Translations under genes and position numbers: made by a program | Assembly (NCBI GenBank): GCA_026416055.1 | Contig: JAOAFX010000001.1 | Span: 5,833-69,832, forward strand | DNA: 64,000 nt | Reading direction: 5' to 3' | Source of the DNA: a candidate division WOR-3 bacterium | Lineage (GTDB): Bacteria > Hydrothermota > Tepidihabitantia > SM23-42 > JAOAFX01 | The notes under the pieces: model-generated | The model's input: the letters and a program-made list of their open reading frames with translations, nothing else | Told to the model about the DNA's origin: nothing | Database searches by the model: none | In this document: piece after piece, positions 62,594 through 64,000 of the stretch | Layout: every line of letters starts with the position of its first letter | Numbering within the stretch: the stretch's first letter is position 1

Positions 62594-64000
62594 ATGTTTG
62601 AATTTCATATTCAAAAAAAGTGTCGGGATCGTTATCAATTTGATATTTCGCTGTATCAATCGAGTGGTAATGTAATTCTCGCCAACATTTCAGCCGTAAA
62701 AAAATTTGTTGATAAGTGGAATACCCACAGAAGGAAATCAGGGTCGAAATTGATAAGTCCAGCGGAATTGAATGTTATGGGTCTGATTGACGAAATATTG
62801 CATATTGTGATTGAGAAATACCAGGCAGAAAAGAACCCTGATGCTTTCAAAAAAGCGCTGAAATTCTTAAATCAGAAAATTGGAGCGAAAAAAGTTTCGG
62901 CAGTTATAAGAAAATTTCTGGAGTTATTCCCTCCACGTGACGTATACACAGGGAAGATAACAACGGAAGCATATCTCAGAGGGAAAACCAAAGGGGTACC
63001 AAATATTTTGATTGTGCTTCAGGAAATCTTAATGCTCAGCCTTGCCAACGAAAATCCGGCATTTGCAGAATTCAAAGAATTGTTTGATGATGAGGATTTA
63101 AAAAATTATACCGGATATGAAACAATGATACAGAAAATAGAAGATTTTTTTAAAACCCAGCCTGTTTATGGTCCATATGGTCAGACCCTGATTGAACTTT
63201 TGAGGGCGCCGATGCGTGCATCTCCTACTTCTCTTATCGGACAATTAATGTATATAAAAGAGCACTGGAAAATGCTACTATCAGGGGAGCTGCTTGAAGA
63301 TTTAACGATGCGCATTATTGTTTCTTTTGATTTCGTTAAAGAAGAAAAAAAAGAACGATTACATGGTCCCGGGCCTGTGCTCATTTTAGAATTTAAATCT
63401 GGCTCTGAAACTTATGCTGAACTACACGCTGATGAACCAAGATTCAGCCCGGATACAGACTGGATGCCAAAAGTTGTTATGATTGCAAAACACACCTATG
63501 TCTGGTTGTATCAGTTGAGCAAAAAATATAATCGCGAGATAAAAAGGCTCGATGAAATTCCGGATGAAGAATTAAAGTCATTGAGCGAATGGGGATTTAA
63601 TGCATTATGGCTCATAGGTATCTGGGAAAGGAGTAAAGCATCGATGAAAATAAAAAAGCTTTGTGGTAATCCAGAGGCAATCGCTTCCGCATATTCAATA
63701 TACGATTATGTAGTAGCACAGGATTTAGGAGGTGAATCCGCATTTAATGAATTGAAACAAAGGGCTTTAAATTATAATATCCGGATTGCCGTTGATATGG
63801 TACCCAATCACACTGCAATCGACTCAAGATGGATGAAGGAACATCCGGACTGGTTTATTCAGCGTGATACACCTCCTTTTTTTAATTATCGCTTCAGCGG
63901 TCCAAATCTTTCTGAAGACCCTGATTTTGAGATCTACATTGAAGACGGTTATTACGATCGAACCGATGCAGCAGTAGTATTTAAATTTGTAGAAAGAAAA
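62594..64000 (+). CDS. alpha-amylase-family (GH13-like) protein with a long N-terminal extension; runs off the right edge
   Basis: Absent from the track because there is no stop in the window. My translation from ATG 62594 is MFEFHIQKKCRDRYQFD...EWGFNALWLIGIWERS...NIRIAVDMVPNHTAIDS.., where the last block resembles GH13 conserved region I (DxxxNH). Confidence 0.6.
   Translation, partial: MFEFHIQKKCRDRYQFDISLYQSSGNVILANISAVKKFVDKWNTHRRKSGSKLISPAELNVMGLIDEILHIVIEKYQAEKNPDAFKKALKFLNQKIGAKKVSAVIRKFLELFPPRDVYTGKITTEAYLRGKTKGVPNILIVLQEILMLSLANENPAFAEFKELFDDEDLKNYTGYETMIQKIEDFFKTQPVYGPYGQTLIELLRAPMRASPTSLIGQLMYIKEHWKMLLSGELLEDLTMRIIVSFDFVKEEKKERLHGPGPVLILEFKSGSETYAELHADEPRFSPDTDWMPKVVMIAKHTYVWLYQLSKKYNREIKRLDEIPDEELKSLSEWGFNALWLIGIWERSKASMKIKKLCGNPEAIASAYSIYDYVVAQDLGGESAFNELKQRALNYNIRIAVDMVPNHTAIDSRWMKEHPDWFIQRDTPPFFNYRFSGPNLSEDPDFEIYIEDGYYDRTDAAVVFKFVERK

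Overview
AT-rich chromosomal segment from what looks like an uncultivated anaerobic bacterium. Type-IX-secretion C-terminal sorting domains suggest an FCB-like lineage, and four-subunit 2-oxoacid:ferredoxin oxidoreductase, Thi4, a GGGPS/PcrB homologue and EndoQ give it an archaeal or Thermotoga flavour. Most of the window is housekeeping. It holds a long minus-strand operon (GGGPS-purD-tsaC/PTP-thyX-recJ-pgeF), a lysA-lysC-ddh lysine operon, porGDAB, rpe-ffh, guaB, fabG-acpP-fabF-coaE, queG, tatA and four tRNAs (Glu-CUC, Ser-GGA, Thr-UGU, Tyr-GUA). Accessory content includes a T9SS/thioredoxin-like CxxC trio, a secreted TldD/PmbA pair, two stand-alone PASTA proteins, a radical-SAM/SPASM gene next to a GT-C glycosyltransferase, a 930-aa peptidase/beta-propeller/Omp85 protein and a degraded IS110-family transposase. 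No CRISPR array, rRNA or recognisable defence system was seen. Six things are most worth a second look. (1) A 45-nt SD-AUG-GC-palindrome module occurs three times. Each copy sits behind a consensus promoter, opens a mini-ORF (M-[TI]-R-R-x3-P-G-R-V) and has its own downstream anti-SD complement, and the copies head two thiol-redox operons. (2) The lysine operon has a terminator/antiterminator leader containing a Lys-codon mini-ORF rather than an L-box. (3) A 62-66-nt intergenic repeat has one copy abutting the IS110 remnant. (4) TTGACA-N16-TATAAT promoters recur so close to start codons that many mRNAs should be leaderless. (5) Frame breaks at A7 and A9 homopolymers split a protease/zinc-ribbon gene and a CaCA exchanger. 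(6) A run of damaged genes lies at 53.9-55.9 kb. All functional calls rest on my reading of the translated motifs; no database search was run.
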